From assembly GCA_048499955.1 (NCBI GenBank), contig JASNYX010000001.1:66452-130451 (forward strand): a stretch of DNA of 64,000 bases, given 5' to 3'. Below are positions 10,117 to 19,508 of this stretch, piece after piece; positions within the stretch are counted from its first letter, which is position 1, and each line of letters opens with the position of its first letter. Origin of the DNA: Patescibacteria group bacterium (lineage in GTDB: Bacteria > Patescibacteriota > WWE3 > 2-01-FULL-39-13). The notes below the pieces were generated by a model. The model was not told the DNA's origin, did no database searches, and worked only from the letters and a program-made list of their open reading frames with translations. A program made the position numbers and the translations under genes.

Positions 10117-10974
10117 ATGTCTATAGACATTAAAGATTATAAGAAAGTTCTCTATCTCGATTTGAATGATCAGTCTCATGTTTTTAAGGTTGACGGTTCT
10201 TTGTGGAATTATATTGGCGGGGTAGGAATTGCGTATAAACTTCTCGAAGCAAATCTTGATTTAAATCCGGTAATATTGGCGACCGGTCCACTTTCGGGAT
10301 ATTTCCCATATGCTTCTAAATCTTGCGTGTTATATATCTCGAACGGAAAACTCGTTGAAAAGTATGGCGGAGGAAGTATTTCCGGACTTATGAACATGTT
10401 GGGAATTGATGCAATTGTTATTTCGGGTCGTTCTACAGCGAATTTAGCGGTTTCCATTAATGAGGAAGATGTTTCCATTTCACAATTTACGGAAGAAGAC
10501 TCCGAACTATCGAGGTTCGATTTTGCTGTTTCCTCAAACAAGATTGTCTCGGAAGGTTATTTTAGTTATGGAAATATAGAGGATGTTCCGTCACCTATTG
10601 ATAATCTCGTAGGGATAAATATAGATTTCACAAAAAATGTAGACTTTAGTAGCTACTATGATTATGAAAAGATCTATAATACTTTGCTCGATGATTACCG
10701 AAGCTTAACTGTTGAGCCGAGAAATAACCCATCATGTATGGGTTGCCCTATGGGTTGTGATTTTTCGCACGAGGGAGAGGATCACCTTAACGTTGCTGTT
10801 CTTGCGAGAACCTTAATAGCGTGTGGATATGCGGAATCGCTATATAAAAGTATTCCTATGATTTACTCATGTTTAAATTCGTTGGGTTATCGTTATCACC
10901 ACTCAGATTTGGAAAAGTTTCCGGGTATATTCGGTGAGTTGAAGGTATCTCTAAATATGAAACTAAATTCATAG
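10117..10974 (+). CDS. Shortened aldehyde:ferredoxin oxidoreductase (AOR/GAPOR/GOR) family protein
   Basis: AFOR N-domain hallmarks LYLDL, YIGGVGIA, NPVILATGPLSG, GGG..S.L...GIDAIVISG, and a CMGCPMGC motif. About half the length of a canonical AOR. Confidence 0.75.
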   Translation: MSIDIKDYKKVLYLDLNDQSHVFKVDGSLWNYIGGVGIAYKLLEANLDLNPVILATGPLSGYFPYASKSCVLYISNGKLVEKYGGGSISGLMNMLGIDAIVISGRSTANLAVSINEEDVSISQFTEEDSELSRFDFAVSSNKIVSEGYFSYGNIEDVPSPIDNLVGINIDFTKNVDFSSYYDYEKIYNTLLDDYRSLTVEPRNNPSCMGCPMGCDFSHEGEDHLNVAVLARTLIACGYAESLYKSIPMIYSCLNSLGYRYHHSDLEKFPGIFGELKVSLNMKLNS

Positions 10975-11053
10975 GTATCTTGCCGGGGTCTTGTGGACAA
11001 GTCTTAGATGTGGCTTGTAGAATCTTTTAAGTAATGAATTATCGGTATGTCTA

Positions 11054-11740
11054 ATGTATCTTATTGCTAACTGGAAGCTAAATAAAACCGTTGAGAATCT
11101 TGAGCCTTGGTTGAAGGAGGTAATTTCCGAGATCACAGAATTGCGTTCTCATCATAACAAGAAAATTATCATTGCAGCTTCGGATGTTCTACTTACTACC
11201 CTTAGTAAGTTGATTAATAAAAGTGCTAAAGCCAGAAAACTTGGTATATCTATTGCGGCTCAGGATGTTTCAGTTTATGTTTCCGGTCCCCACACTGGTG
11301 AGACTAGCGTGTTACAAATCAAGGATATCGTGGATTACTGTATTATTGGTCATTCAGAGCGTAGAGCTATGGGAGAATCTGATAAAGACATTTATCACAA
11401 GGCAAAAAACCTCATTGAGCACGATATTCAGCCAATTATATGTTTTAGTCAACTTATCGAAATAAGGAATTTGGTTTCATATGATCTCGATATTGATAAA
11501 TGCTTATTTGCGTATGAGCCTTTATACGCCATCGGTACAGGTAATGAGGCACCGGCAGCAGAAATACAGCGAGTGTATAATAGGTCGGGTTTAAAGAATA
11601 TGATTTATGGGGGAAGTGTTAATTCGGACATATTAGAGCATTATGTAGGGCTTGATTTTCTTAATGGTTACTTGGTAGGATCTGCTAGCTTGGACCCAAA
11701 ATCATTTAGTCAAATTTACCGCTTTCCTTTCCAGGCCTAA
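11054..11740 (+). CDS. tpiA: Triosephosphate isomerase
   Basis: ANWK, GHSERR, AYEP, YGGSV, LVGSASL. Confidence 0.95.
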   Translation: MYLIANWKLNKTVENLEPWLKEVISEITELRSHHNKKIIIAASDVLLTTLSKLINKSAKARKLGISIAAQDVSVYVSGPHTGETSVLQIKDIVDYCIIGHSERRAMGESDKDIYHKAKNLIEHDIQPIICFSQLIEIRNLVSYDLDIDKCLFAYEPLYAIGTGNEAPAAEIQRVYNRSGLKNMIYGGSVNSDILEHYVGLDFLNGYLVGSASLDPKSFSQIYRFPFQA

Positions 11741-11745
11741 TATTT

Positions 11746-12777
11746 ATGAATAAAATTCTAGTTTCATGCTTAGCTCTATTTTTAGGCACAATCGGATCCA
11801 TTGCTATTGCAGGGTATTTTCTGGATATTTCAACGTTTTTTAAGCCTATTTCAGTTGTCTCGAAGGTGATTATTGATGGGGAACTAAAGAAAACGGATGG
11901 TAAAACTAACATTCTAATTTTAGGAACTGATGCACGCACTGCAGGATCCCATTCAAATTCAGCACTTACGGATACCGTTGCCGTTGTTTCCATTGATGAC
12001 TCAACCGGAAAAACTGTTCTTATTTCACTCCCAAGGGATATTTGGATTCAAGAATACAAAACAAAAATAAATAGTGTTTATGCATTGTCCGGTCGGAAAC
12101 CGGAGTCTATTTCAAGTGCGGTCGAAAAAGTTCTTGGAATTCCGGTTCATTATCATGTAATTGTCGGTTTTGATGTTTTTCAGCAAGCCGTGGATGCCGT
12201 TGGTGGTATCGAAGTTGAAGTCGATCATACATTCGATGATTACCAGTATCCGATTGAGGGTAGAGAAAATGCCGAACCGGAAAGTTCGAGATACGAACAC
12301 ATTCACTTTGATGCCGGCCGGCAAAAAATGAATGGAGTGATTGCCTTAAAATTTGCGAGATCCCGACACTCAAGTAATCCCGTAGAAGCAGGTGATTTTG
12401 CTCGAGCCAGACGACAACAGAAAGTTATGCTGGCACTAAAAGACAAGGTGATTTCTGCGGAAACTCTTTTTAACCCTCTTAAACTCAGTGCCCTATATGA
12501 TAGTTATAAAGACAATGTTCGGACAAACATTGAACCGGGAGATGTAGCCTTATTTTACAAGGCATATAGTGATTTCAAATTTGATGACATAGAACGTATT
12601 GTTATATCAAATGAAACACCTGGTTCAGTTGATTCTGAGGTTCTTGGTTCGGGGATGTTGATTTCTCCCGGAGAGGCTGATCGTCAACTTCTTTACAATG
12701 GGGCGTATGTACTTGTGCCCAAATCCGGGAATTTCGATGAAATTCATACTCTTGTAAGAACTACTTTATTTGATTAA
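11746..12777 (+). CDS. LytR-CpsA-Psr (LCP) family cell-wall polymer ligase
   Basis: NILILGTD, LTDT, SLPRD, KINS, ARSRH, GDFARARRQQ. Confidence 0.93.
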   Translation: MNKILVSCLALFLGTIGSIAIAGYFLDISTFFKPISVVSKVIIDGELKKTDGKTNILILGTDARTAGSHSNSALTDTVAVVSIDDSTGKTVLISLPRDIWIQEYKTKINSVYALSGRKPESISSAVEKVLGIPVHYHVIVGFDVFQQAVDAVGGIEVEVDHTFDDYQYPIEGRENAEPESSRYEHIHFDAGRQKMNGVIALKFARSRHSSNPVEAGDFARARRQQKVMLALKDKVISAETLFNPLKLSALYDSYKDNVRTNIEPGDVALFYKAYSDFKFDDIERIVISNETPGSVDSEVLGSGMLISPGEADRQLLYNGAYVLVPKSGNFDEIHTLVRTTLFD

Positions 12778-12786
12778 GTTCCGCCG

Positions 12787-13470
12787 ATGATATATCTCTT
12801 AACCGGTGATGATGAGATTTCTGCAAAGGAATTTGTTCAGCAAGTTCGAAGGAGCTTTCCTGAAAACCATATTCACTACAAGGAGGGCATTATAAATTCT
12901 GATGAGGTAAAAATACTCACGAGTTCGTTGCCCTTATTTGCTGATAACACGCTCATTATTTTAAAGCCAAAAAATATTACCACGCTTAATTTTGATAAAG
13001 ATTATTTACAAGATATATCAGATCGTAAAGAAATAACTTTTATCTTTTATGCAATCTCACAAAATCTGAATAGTAAGGTAGGCAAACTATTAAAAGAACT
13101 TTCAACCGTACGCAATTTCGTAGTTCCGAAGGACTATCGGTTTTTTAATATTTGTGATGCATTATTTATGGAAAATAACGCCAACAAGGCATTATCGTTA
13201 ATAAAGCAATCCCGAAATATTGAAGATGATTTTTATCCACTAATCAGTTTATTACAGATGTCGTTAAGAAATTATTTGTCGTCTATCTATCAGAATAAAG
13301 TATGGGAAAACACACATCCTTTTATGAAGCGAAAGATTGCGTCCTATAAAATTAATGAAGAAAAGGCAAAAGCCCTTTATCGTCAATTATTTGAAATGGA
13401 TTTAGCATCAAAGACGAAAAAGGTTGATAAAATGGCTCTATTAGAAGAGTTCGTGTTATACTGCGGTTAA
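12787..13470 (+). CDS. holA: DNA polymerase III delta subunit-like protein (short)
   Basis: MIYLLTGDD start, SLPLF, HPF, and a C-terminal L..MD..SK pattern. Confidence 0.7.
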   Translation: MIYLLTGDDEISAKEFVQQVRRSFPENHIHYKEGIINSDEVKILTSSLPLFADNTLIILKPKNITTLNFDKDYLQDISDRKEITFIFYAISQNLNSKVGKLLKELSTVRNFVVPKDYRFFNICDALFMENNANKALSLIKQSRNIEDDFYPLISLLQMSLRNYLSSIYQNKVWENTHPFMKRKIASYKINEEKAKALYRQLFEMDLASKTKKVDKMALLEEFVLYCG

Positions 13471-13508
13471 GTGGAGCTGCATAGTTTTAGCAAAAATATT
13501 GAAGGGTT

Positions 13509-14345
13509 TTGACCCCGACTGCTCCGCGGACAGGATCCATTTCACATTTGTTCAGACCATATAAATACGAGAAAAAAGTAAGAAAAAACTACTGGCATTT
13601 TGCTGAGAGTTTTATAAATCGACCTGTAGCAGCGATGAGCTCAATTAGGATCACACTTCGTGTTGGCATTTCTTTTGCTTTGCTTGCGGTTGGGTTATAC
13701 CTGATGTCGAGTCGGGTAGTTTTGCCGATGATCTCAATTTATGCGGCATCCCAAAGCCAATACCCTATTATTAGCCCAATTGATAGCACAACTCCGGTCT
13801 TATCAGCAAAAGATGCGAATGCGTTTAGTTTTACCGAATTAAACTACGAATATAGAGCTGCAAACCCTTCGTTGGATCATGAGCGAGCCTATGAAGATTA
13901 CCCTGATCAGTTTTTTATCACTATTCCCAAATTGAACATTTATGATGCTGTTATTGATACCAATTCGAGCAATTTGGATCCTCGCAAAGCACTGGGGCAT
14001 TACAAAGGGAGCTGCTTACCTGATGAATCATGCAATGTTTTCGTTTACGGACATTCTACTAACCGATGGGTTAAAAATAGGTATGAACACGGAGATTATT
14101 CGGCGATATTTTCCCGTTTGGAAGAACTTCAGTATGGTGATGAAATATTCGTTAAATATAATGATAAAGAATATCGTTATATTGTAGATTTATGGACGAT
14201 CAAGAGTCCTGAGGAAGTAGACCCACTATCATCCCCTTATCCAAAAAGCGTCGGTTTACATACAAGCTCAATTGAGCTGTTCACCTGTACTCCTGCCGGA
14301 ACTACAAAATATAGATTATCTGTTGTGGGAAAACTGGTTCAATAA
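13509..14345 (+). CDS. Sortase
   Basis: TM anchor, ITIPKL, GHY, YGHS, IF..L..L..GD, catalytic LFTC...R (LFTCTPAGTTKYRL). Start uncertain. Confidence 0.9.
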   Translation: MTPTAPRTGSISHLFRPYKYEKKVRKNYWHFAESFINRPVAAMSSIRITLRVGISFALLAVGLYLMSSRVVLPMISIYAASQSQYPIISPIDSTTPVLSAKDANAFSFTELNYEYRAANPSLDHERAYEDYPDQFFITIPKLNIYDAVIDTNSSNLDPRKALGHYKGSCLPDESCNVFVYGHSTNRWVKNRYEHGDYSAIFSRLEELQYGDEIFVKYNDKEYRYIVDLWTIKSPEEVDPLSSPYPKSVGLHTSSIELFTCTPAGTTKYRLSVVGKLVQ

Positions 14346-14356
14346 GATCGTTAAGG

Positions 14357-15049
14357 TCAATCTTCTCTGTTTAATATAAATTCGACAAATAGGGGATAGT
14401 CTTCGAGATTTACTTGTCCGTCTTTATTAAAGTCAAACTTCATATTTTGAAATAAAATAGCTTGCTTAAATTCATTGGTAACGCGTTCACCGTATTTGCT
14501 TGTGCTTGTTCCAAGCACTTGCCTTGTTGGTAATGGTTCTGAGATACCATTGTCGTCATATGATGAGAATCCGGAGAAATCGTCATCAGTAGTAATTTCC
14601 GGTATCTGGACTGAAAATTCTTTTTCTGTGGTGAAAAAAAGGTCTCTATCTTCAGGATATATTGTATTTTCGTTTGAGATTTTATAAAAATATGTTGCAC
14701 CCGGCTCAAGATTTTCGATAACGACAATATGATTCTGCCCCTTATCCTTTTCAGTTTCTTTCAGACATTCTCGGTTGTTCATATTCTCTTTCTTAAAACA
14801 TACATCGTCTCTTCGCTGACTGAAAATGATTGTTCCTTGAGTTGGTACTTCAGTGAACCACCTTGCTTCCGATTTTCCCGGTTCCAGATTTCTAATCTGT
14901 ATGCTGATAGGAAGAACAGACTTCTCTGTGGCCTCTGAAGAGGTATTTGTACTAAATGGAATGTATTGGATAGCTAAAGTTGATAGCCCGACAAGCCCAA
15001 TTAGCAAAAGGAATGTCAGGAATCCCTTTAGACCTTCTGTCGAATTCAT
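14357..15049 (-). CDS. Membrane-anchored FN3-like protein with C-terminal dockerin/EF-hand-like motif
   Basis: N-terminal TM, W.T....H.V.IENLEPGATYFYKI (FN3-like), C-terminal DFNKDGQVNLED. Confidence 0.7.
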   Translation of the reverse strand: MNSTEGLKGFLTFLLLIGLVGLSTLAIQYIPFSTNTSSEATEKSVLPISIQIRNLEPGKSEARWFTEVPTQGTIIFSQRRDDVCFKKENMNNRECLKETEKDKGQNHIVVIENLEPGATYFYKISNENTIYPEDRDLFFTTEKEFSVQIPEITTDDDFSGFSSYDDNGISEPLPTRQVLGTSTSKYGERVTNEFKQAILFQNMKFDFNKDGQVNLEDYPLFVEFILNRED

Positions 15050-15744
15050 CTTCTATCAATTGCGATATGTTTGCGTAATGATACTACACCCAAGAAAATC
15101 AACCCTAGTGAAGTAATCAGATATACCATAACATCGCTTGTTCCTGTTTGTGGAACTGCATTTGGTTGTTCTGTAGTCGTGGGCGAAATTGCTCCAATTG
15201 CCAATTCCGAAGGTGATGGTGTCGGTGTTGTCGCATCTTGTATATCAAGGTTATAAACACCATTAATAGTTTCAGTTAACAAAGATTCGCCACCTGCACC
15301 CGTGATTGAACTGGTTGATTGGATCTGTAATTGTACTTGTCCGGTAGTTTCTATTGCTTCAAAATTTATTGAAGCCAATTTTACTTTTCCGCTTTTATAG
15401 TTACCTGCGTTATTCACAGCATTTACAGTAATGGTTCTGGTATTTGTATCATTATCCTTTTCCAGATAACTGTCGAAATCACCATCAGTAATAGATACGA
15501 CCGTTAAACTTGATGGATACGTGATTTTAATTTGTGCAGCAGATATTTCAGGTTCGGTCACACTTGACTCAACATAAACGGTGACTCTCGAACTCTTCTT
15601 ATTAATAATTCCGGTTGCTGGAGAAATATATGCCGAAGCGGCTTCGACTTCTGTAGGGGTTAAAGGATTACCTAAAACTAGTGCTCCTACTACTAAACTT
15701 AACAAGGCGCTCTTTGCTAATAATTTGCTTGGCAGGCAGTTCAT
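15046..15744 (-). CDS. Cohesin-like surface protein with LPXTG-type sorting signal
   Basis: Signal peptide, cohesin-like beta-sandwich pattern (ISAAQIKITYP...KLASINFEA), P/T linker, VPQTG plus TM plus basic tail. Confidence 0.72.
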   Translation of the reverse strand: MNCLPSKLLAKSALLSLVVGALVLGNPLTPTEVEAASAYISPATGIINKKSSRVTVYVESSVTEPEISAAQIKITYPSSLTVVSITDGDFDSYLEKDNDTNTRTITVNAVNNAGNYKSGKVKLASINFEAIETTGQVQLQIQSTSSITGAGGESLLTETINGVYNLDIQDATTPTPSPSELAIGAISPTTTEQPNAVPQTGTSDVMVYLITSLGLIFLGVVSLRKHIAIDRR

Positions 15745-15879
15745 ATTTTTTCTATAAAAATAATTAATATTCAGCTCTTTATTCATGCTGAAGATAATGT
15801 ATCTGTTTGATACGTAATATAATTAAATACTAACACAATCTTTAAATCAAATGGAATAACTTCCCCAATTTTGATACTA

Positions 15880-16155
15880 TTACTTCTTATCTGCGAGCTC
15901 TTTAATTTTTCTTGCCACAACTGACTTAATCCTTGAGGCTTTATTCCTTGCAAAAACATTTGCCTTTGCTGCTTTATCAGTTTTCTTTTGAAGGGTTGAT
16001 GCACTTTTCAAAATCTCTTCCATCGGCTTATTTTCTTTGATCAATTCCAGAATGTTTTTGTAAGCACCTCTAACCTGAGTCTTCCACCACTTGTTATAGG
16101 AAGTCTTAGTTTTGGTCTTTCTTATTGCCTTTTGCGCTTGTTTTGTGTTAGCCAT
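15880..16155 (-). CDS. rpsT: 30S ribosomal protein S20
   Basis: MANTKQAQKAIR...DKAAK....NKASRIKS. Confidence 0.95.
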   Translation of the reverse strand: MANTKQAQKAIRKTKTKTSYNKWWKTQVRGAYKNILELIKENKPMEEILKSASTLQKKTDKAAKANVFARNKASRIKSVVARKIKELADKK

Positions 16156-16430
16156 AAATATAGTATGTTTTCAGTATTGAAGCCCCTTTGCCTCACTTTG
16201 CTCAGGTATTGCTTCTTTAATGCGATTATATCTTAGCTATATAATCATAGTAACTCAAAGATATTTGCACTAAATAAATACGTTGGAATTGTAACAGTTT
16301 ATCGACTCGTCTGCAATATTACGGCAAAGTATAAAGGATTTTTGAGAATACAGAATAACATGACCCGGCTTATGGCTATAATTATGGATAATTGCTGTCA
16401 TTCTAATACTTATGTTAAGATAACCCACTT

Positions 16431-18074
16431 ATGGTGAGAGCTTTTTTTAACTCAATCAATAGAGCCTCCAGATCTAAGCAGGAGACAATATTAGCTGCCG
16501 CAACGGTTATTGGCTTTATTTACTGTATTTCCGCGGCTTTGGGGTTCGTAAGAAATCGATTACTTTCGGGATATTTTGGTGATTCTACTGAATTAGGTTT
16601 ATATTTTGCGGCAGACGATATTCCCAATCTGATTTTTTCTTTTATAGTTTCGGGAGCACTATCTACCTCTTTTATTCCCGTTTTTAATAAGTATTACAAG
16701 GAAAATCAAGAGGAATCGTGGAAGGTAACCACCACCATTGTAAACATCTCCCTTGTGGCTTTTCTCCTCTTTTTTGTGATTATATTTCTATTTTCTGACT
16801 TCATTGTAGGTCAGATCATGGCTAGAAATAGTCAGCTATCTCCAGACGAGTTACGTTTATATGCCTCGCTCCTTGAAATATTAATGATAGCTCAACTTGG
16901 GTTTATTCTTAGTAGTTTTTACACTAGCATTCTGCAGTCGTTTAACCATTTTATTGTTCCTGCTATGGCACCGGTCATGCTTAATGTGGGAGTTATTATC
17001 TTCTTGGTTCTTTTCTATTCCTCTTGGGGTATTTATGCTCCGGCTTGGGGTACTGTTTTTGGGGCTTTTCTTCATATGGTGATACAGATGCCTATGGCTA
17101 AGGCGTTGGGCTTTAAATATAAGTTAACTTGGAATTTGAAGCATAAAGGAGTTTCGGACTTCTACAAGATGATGGTCCCTCGGACACTTGGTCAGACTGC
17201 TCAGAAGCTTATAATTCCGCTTTATACGAATCTGGCTCTTTATATCTCCGGGGCATCTAACGTTATATTAACTTTTGCGGATGATTTGCAGAGTGTTCCG
17301 GTTAGAATTTTTGGAATGTCTATCGGCCAGGCTGCGTTGCCTATATTCTCAGGGTCATATAATGAGAAAGATCCGAGTGCTTTCAGAAAACTATTATCTA
17401 AGACACTGTATCAGGTCATATTTTTTGTTCTACCAATGAGTGTTTTGGTCTTTATTCTAAGAGTTCCTCTGGTACGTTTGGCGTTTGGAGCCAGAAAGTT
17501 TTCCTGGGATGCCACTGTCATGACGGCCTATACCTTAGCGTTTTTTAGTATCGCGATAGTTACTCAGGCACTCATTTTAATTCTCGCTAGAGGGTTTTAC
17601 ACATTGTGTGATACAAAAACTCCCTTCAAGATTACGACGGTAACGATTGTGATCAATGCAATTCTTGCTATCACCTTTGTGAAGTATCTGGAGCTTGGCG
17701 TGTGGAGTCTGGCATTCGCATTTGCAATTTCGAACCTTATTAGTACGGCTTTTATGTTCAGATCACTAGTAAAGAAGATTAAAGGGTTTGACCTTTACGA
17801 TTTCCTGTATAAAGTAAATCGAATCGCTTTGGCATCATATATTATGGGCATCATGCTTTATGTTCCTTTGAAGATTTTTGATAAGTTTGTTTTTGATACG
17901 ACCAGAACATTTGATCTGTTTCTTCTTACAGGGGTTGTGTCAGTTATCGGATTGGTAACCTATGTTGCTTTAGTAAAGTTTTTCAAACTAAAAGAGCTTG
18001 ATTACACCTACTATATTTTCAAGAATATTAATTCCTTTTTTAAAAAGAATTTCAAATATTCTTCTACCAATTGA
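16431..18074 (+). CDS. murJ: Lipid II flippase MurJ (MviN)
   Basis: LGFVRN, IPNLI, GALSTSFIPVF, ALP, RGFY..DTKTP and many TM helices. Confidence 0.93.
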   Translation: MVRAFFNSINRASRSKQETILAAATVIGFIYCISAALGFVRNRLLSGYFGDSTELGLYFAADDIPNLIFSFIVSGALSTSFIPVFNKYYKENQEESWKVTTTIVNISLVAFLLFFVIIFLFSDFIVGQIMARNSQLSPDELRLYASLLEILMIAQLGFILSSFYTSILQSFNHFIVPAMAPVMLNVGVIIFLVLFYSSWGIYAPAWGTVFGAFLHMVIQMPMAKALGFKYKLTWNLKHKGVSDFYKMMVPRTLGQTAQKLIIPLYTNLALYISGASNVILTFADDLQSVPVRIFGMSIGQAALPIFSGSYNEKDPSAFRKLLSKTLYQVIFFVLPMSVLVFILRVPLVRLAFGARKFSWDATVMTAYTLAFFSIAIVTQALILILARGFYTLCDTKTPFKITTVTIVINAILAITFVKYLELGVWSLAFAFAISNLISTAFMFRSLVKKIKGFDLYDFLYKVNRIALASYIMGIMLYVPLKIFDKFVFDTTRTFDLFLLTGVVSVIGLVTYVALVKFFKLKELDYTYYIFKNINSFFKKNFKYSSTN

Positions 18075-18282
18075 AAGTAGGGGTTTCTTCCGGAGCTAAT
18101 TGAATTCGGCCCTTTAGATCTTCAAGTGTATGCAAGTCTAATGTGGGGTCAATTTCTTCAACGACAATATTTTCAAGTTTTCCGGGTACTGCACTATTTG
18201 CTCTATAAGCTTCAAATGCCAGCCAGGCTAGAACCGTTATTATCGTAATAATGTTGATCTTTTGAAAAACGTTTAAGCTCAT
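18064..18282 (-). CDS. Small single-TM protein at the end of the pilN-pilO operon
   Basis: Start overlaps the pilO stop (ATGA), one TM helix. Confidence 0.65.
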   Translation of the reverse strand: MSLNVFQKINIITIITVLAWLAFEAYRANSAVPGKLENIVVEEIDPTLDLHTLEDLKGRIQLAPEETPTFNW

Positions 18283-18887
18283 TGTCGGGAAACCTCCTCT
18301 TGTAGTAAAGATTGTGATTCTTCTTCGTTTTCTTTTCCACTCCCATTCCCATTCTTGGATGTGTAAAACGCTCTTCCGTCAATATCTGCCCGTATGACCC
18401 CCGGTGCAAAAGTTTTAGGAGCACGAATATCTATGCTGTCTATTGCAGTTATTCGTATTAGTTTTGTTAGTTCATCGATGAATTCAGTAAATTGGTCGTA
18501 TCTACCTTCTACGCCTATTTTATAGGTTAGCGTGTTTTTCGAGTACGAAAAATTAGTATTCGCAATATTTAGATTATATTTATAGGTTAGTTCTTGAAAC
18601 ATTTGAATGAATTCTCCCTCGTTGGGTTCGCTTGGAATTGATTGATCAATTAACTTGATTTCTTCCTGATAGTCAGCGTGAAGCTGTCTGATTGTTTCTA
18701 AGTCAGCAAGATTCTGGTTAAGTTGTTCGTTAATAATTTTAGCTTCCTTAGCGTATTTACTATTTGTAGACACCCTTACCACCAACGGGCGTATCGCAAA
18801 TATCGCTAGTCCCACAGCTAATAGCAACATTATGGAAAGTGTTATGTATTTCTGTTTTTTTTCGTCTCTAAATAAATTTTTGCTCAT
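18279..18887 (-). CDS. pilO: Type IV pilus assembly protein PilO
   Basis: TM, coiled coil, IP.EP, GRYDQFTEFIDEL..L.RI..I..IDI. Confidence 0.85.
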   Translation of the reverse strand: MSKNLFRDEKKQKYITLSIMLLLAVGLAIFAIRPLVVRVSTNSKYAKEAKIINEQLNQNLADLETIRQLHADYQEEIKLIDQSIPSEPNEGEFIQMFQELTYKYNLNIANTNFSYSKNTLTYKIGVEGRYDQFTEFIDELTKLIRITAIDSIDIRAPKTFAPGVIRADIDGRAFYTSKNGNGSGKENEEESQSLLQEEVSRQ

Positions 18888-19450
18888 TTTACTTCCATAG
18901 TGAAATCAAAACTGAATGATTGCTGTATGCGATCAAATGTACTTTTATTCATGATGATAGATTTGATCGATTCATCCCTTATAAGGCTGTCAAGGAATAG
19001 TGCAAAGCCTTGGGTAGATTTAACGCTGGCTTTTAAATTTAATTTATCTGCTTCGTATTTATAGGACTCCAAAGTCATGTCTTCGGGCACAATGGCATTT
19101 ATTTTATCTAGTCGTTCGCCCCAGTTTACTTGTTTATTAGTAATTTCACTGATTTTCGTAAGTTCGCCCTGAATGCGACGATGTTCCTTAAGTAGTTCTT
19201 GGTTTTCTTGTAGGGCGAGTATTTCTGTTGAGTTCTTAATTTGCTTATCAAGAGAATTAGATTGTGTATGGAAATAGAATTCTATAGCAAGTCCGGCAAG
19301 TAGAATAGCTTCGGTCACTATCAGAATGTGCCTTCCTAGTGTGGTGAAAACAAAAAGTTGCTTCACAACATCCTCGTTTTTCTTAGAAGAGTCGGTGCCT
19401 GTAGCAAAGTTTATTTTTAGGCTATTTAGTGTGGATGGGCTGTCCGGCAT
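18884..19450 (-). CDS. pilN: Type IV pilus assembly protein PilN-like
   Basis: KINF start, TM, coiled coil, W...L..I...VPEDMTL, upstream of pilO. Confidence 0.75.
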   Translation of the reverse strand: MPDSPSTLNSLKINFATGTDSSKKNEDVVKQLFVFTTLGRHILIVTEAILLAGLAIEFYFHTQSNSLDKQIKNSTEILALQENQELLKEHRRIQGELTKISEITNKQVNWGERLDKINAIVPEDMTLESYKYEADKLNLKASVKSTQGFALFLDSLIRDESIKSIIMNKSTFDRIQQSFSFDFTMEVK

Positions 19451-19508
19451 TAGTACGATTCTAACATTTAAGGCGTTTTTTGTGGTAAGCCTTGATATAA
19501 TGTTTCAC

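Noticed and set aside
19326-19508. N-terminal extension of LepA in the ORF track
   Set aside because: Overlaps pilN on the opposite strand. Homology begins at MNPSNIRNF and a -10 box sits just upstream.
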